From positions 1-16,896 of the forward strand of contig CAYNQI010000022.1 in the NCBI GenBank assembly GCA_964399335.1: a stretch of 16,896 bases of DNA, given 5' to 3'. Position 1 is the first letter of the stretch. Each line of letters starts with the position of its first letter. Of this stretch, positions 14,891-16,896 are shown piece by piece. The notes beneath the pieces were generated by a model. It was not told where the DNA came from. It saw nothing but the letters and a program-made list of their open reading frames with translations, and searched no databases. A program made the position numbers and the translations under genes. The stretch comes from an uncultured Thermoplasmata archaeon (GTDB lineage: Archaea > Thermoplasmatota > Thermoplasmata > Halarchaeoplasmatales > Halarchaeoplasmataceae).

Positions 14891-16896
14891 TTAGTAAACA
14901 ATATTCCATATGATCTCTTGATCTGCCTCGTTGTAAATCCAGTATGCCTTACCAGGTTCGAAGTTAAAGTTGCTAGTGCTAGATTCATATGCAATATTGT
15001 ATTCTTGTTGTGCGTCAAAATAACCCAATTTTGATACTTCAACAGGTAGATCATTATTTCCAGTAATAGTACTTGGATAGCCGACCATATTCCAACCAGG
15101 TTCCAATACGATATCTGTGCTTATAGGAACAGTACCTTCTATGGTTAATGTATCGTTTTGAGTCATTCTTATCCATAGGCCCATAGTGTGATCCCAATGG
15201 ATCTCATCATTGAAATGTTCTGCTCTATCTGGCATGTAAGACAACCATTCGTCCTCTTCTCTGTCATAATACATAACCTTATCAAAATTATCAGTTATAC
15301 CGTTTTCAGCATTTAATATACCATGTAGGGATCTCTCTAACGGTATCAAATTGAAGGAAACGAAATTCCAATTATCTGATCCCTCATTGAGAGACAATGT
15401 CACATTATATATATCAAACTCTGCGCCAGGTTCTTGTTTCGCGTAAGTGTTACCGTCATCCTGATTATTAATATCTACAGCTCGAACCATATACCACCAA
15501 TAAACATCGTCTGCCATACCTTTGTCTTCATCTACATATTGATATTCAGGAGAACCATCTGCGATGATGGTATCGATTACTGCATTATCATCCCATGGTC
15601 CATCTCTAAATTGAGACCGATATATATTGTAATGAGTAACACTTTCATTACCACCGCCATCATCAGTACTAGAATTCCATCTCAAGATATTGTGATCGGA
15701 ATTATCTATGTTGTCTTCAATATTTTCAACATATATTTCTAAATTGTCTATTCGCCAACCTTCGTTATAATCTCCGTCCCAATCTTCTGTACCAGCACTC
15801 CAATTTAGATGTATAGTTTCACCGATATATTCGTCCAAATTAAACGTAGCTTTTTCCCAATCGTATTCATAACCCCAACCTGGTTCCCCGCCTAGTGGAT
15901 TGTCATAACCATCAACTATAGTTCCATCATATCCATCCTCGGGATGTATAATTTCCCATGGCCCGTCTTGACCATCAGTAGATATCCTGAGATTTCCACC
16001 ATCATGTAGATAAGAGAAGGCACGCCAGTGATGGAATGTTAAATTGGCACTAGTGCCATTATTTATATAAATCTCTGGAGATATCAACCAACTTAACCAA
16101 CCTTGGTCGTTTCCTTTAATGTAGTGACCATCTCCAAAATCCCATGAGCTATTACCGATATAAGCACCATTTTGACGTATATCCCAGTCACTAGCACCCT
16201 GCCATTCTTCGTTAATATACCCTTTGTCACCATATAAAACATCATCGTAGAATATACTTCCATCTTGATGGTGTTCAACTTCTAGACTTAGAGGGAATTC
16301 AGGGGGACTGCCGATAATTTTGAACAAACCACTTGTATAGTCAAAATCTCCTTTTTCAGTAGATAAAGTTATCCTTATCATCGCCTCATTAGTGCGAATT
16401 TCTGGTACTGCCCAAGAATAAACTCCTCTATCCCTAACATCTTCCGCAATAACAGTCCAGTTGTTACCTCCATCTGTACTGTATTCTAATTTAATTAATC
16501 CATCTTCTAGTGGATTTTCAGATTCCCAAGTTATTTCTTCTTCAGTTCCAATATAAACATCATCATTTTCAGTTGGTGAAACTAAAGAGATGGATACTGA
16601 GGCAGTAATTTTATCCCAGTACTCTTCAGAAAAGGGATAACCATCTTCTATCGTCCATCTTTCGAACTCCATAACCATGTTAGGTTCATCGATTTCTACT
16701 ATTCTAAATGGACCCTGTGAGATGAACATGTGATTGTGGGTGTCGAAGAAGTCTATCGTTCTTTGAACCTCTGTTGCAACATCCACGTCACCTAAGGCTT
16801 CAGGCATGTTGTCGAAGTATGCAGGTGTCCAATCTTCCGCTATCATGTTCTCCATCACAGCTTTGAATGTTTCACACTGTGTGCTGTTGATGAAAT
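14891..16896 (-). CDS. Partial (5' end outside window) large acidic extracellular protein: ABC family-5 solute-binding C-terminus + Ig-like + lectin/MAM-like + FN3-like + duplicated C-terminal domain
   Basis: Frame stays open from 16858 to the window edge (..FINSTQCETFKAVMEN..). FFDTHNHMFISQGPF..YPFSEEYW resembles archaeal peptide-binding protein C-termini. Also ITWES..LEYSTDGGNNW..IA..YSWAVP (Ig-like), LISP..LTFHHW..DGG..STDG..GW.IDN (beta-sandwich) and LRWNSS..YNIYRS..YVD..WWYMVRAVD (FN3-like). Confidence 0.85.
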   Translation of the reverse strand, partial: FINSTQCETFKAVMENMIAEDWTPAYFDNMPEALGDVDVATEVQRTIDFFDTHNHMFISQGPFRIVEIDEPNMVMEFERWTIEDGYPFSEEYWDKITASVSISLVSPTENDDVYIGTEEEITWESENPLEDGLIKLEYSTDGGNNWTVIAEDVRDRGVYSWAVPEIRTNEAMIRITLSTEKGDFDYTSGLFKIIGSPPEFPLSLEVEHHQDGSIFYDDVLYGDKGYINEEWQGASDWDIRQNGAYIGNSSWDFGDGHYIKGNDQGWLSWLISPEIYINNGTSANLTFHHWRAFSYLHDGGNLRISTDGQDGPWEIIHPEDGYDGTIVDGYDNPLGGEPGWGYEYDWEKATFNLDEYIGETIHLNWSAGTEDWDGDYNEGWRIDNLEIYVENIEDNIDNSDHNILRWNSSTDDGGGNESVTHYNIYRSQFRDGPWDDNAVIDTIIADGSPEYQYVDEDKGMADDVYWWYMVRAVDINNQDDGNTYAKQEPGAEFDIYNVTLSLNEGSDNWNFVSFNLIPLERSLHGILNAENGITDNFDKVMYYDREEDEWLSYMPDRAEHFNDEIHWDHTMGLWIRMTQNDTLTIEGTVPISTDIVLEPGWNMVGYPSTITGNNDLPVEVSKLGYFDAQQEYNIAYESSTSNFNFEPGKAYWIYNEADQEIIWNIVY

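Noticed and set aside
14762-15054. ORFs 14762-15034 (+) and 14836-15054 (-)
   Set aside because: They run through the tRNA-Gly and overlap the large minus-strand gene

Overview
AT-rich archaeal chromosomal window. The archaeal assignment rests on the A-type ATP synthase subunit D, archaeal apgM, an archaeal-type SRP RNA and TATA/BRE promoters. Gene content and the surface-protein style suggest a halo(alkali)philic Thermoplasmatota, but that is inference. The left half is mostly housekeeping: atpD, a 51-aa membrane ORF missing from the ORF track, an isolated hutI, an AIM24 / membrane zinc-ribbon / VanZ / DUF355 run, a DUF92-apgM operon, a Trm9-like methyltransferase, the SRP RNA and an EamA/DMT transporter. 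The right half is the more unusual part. It has three tandem, paralogous sensor proteins (GAF-GAF-PAS-PAS-PAS; PAS-GAF-PAS-PAS; REC-PAS-PAS). None has a kinase, cyclase or DNA-binding output, and all three stop at the last strand of a degenerate PAS domain. After tRNA-Gly(GCC) comes the 3' part of a large acidic extracellular protein. It appears to join a family-5 solute-binding protein C-terminus to Ig-like, nested lectin-like/FN3-like and internally duplicated C-terminal modules, with no C-terminal membrane anchor. No CRISPR array, transposase or integrase was seen. All family assignments come from motif recognition by eye, not database searches.
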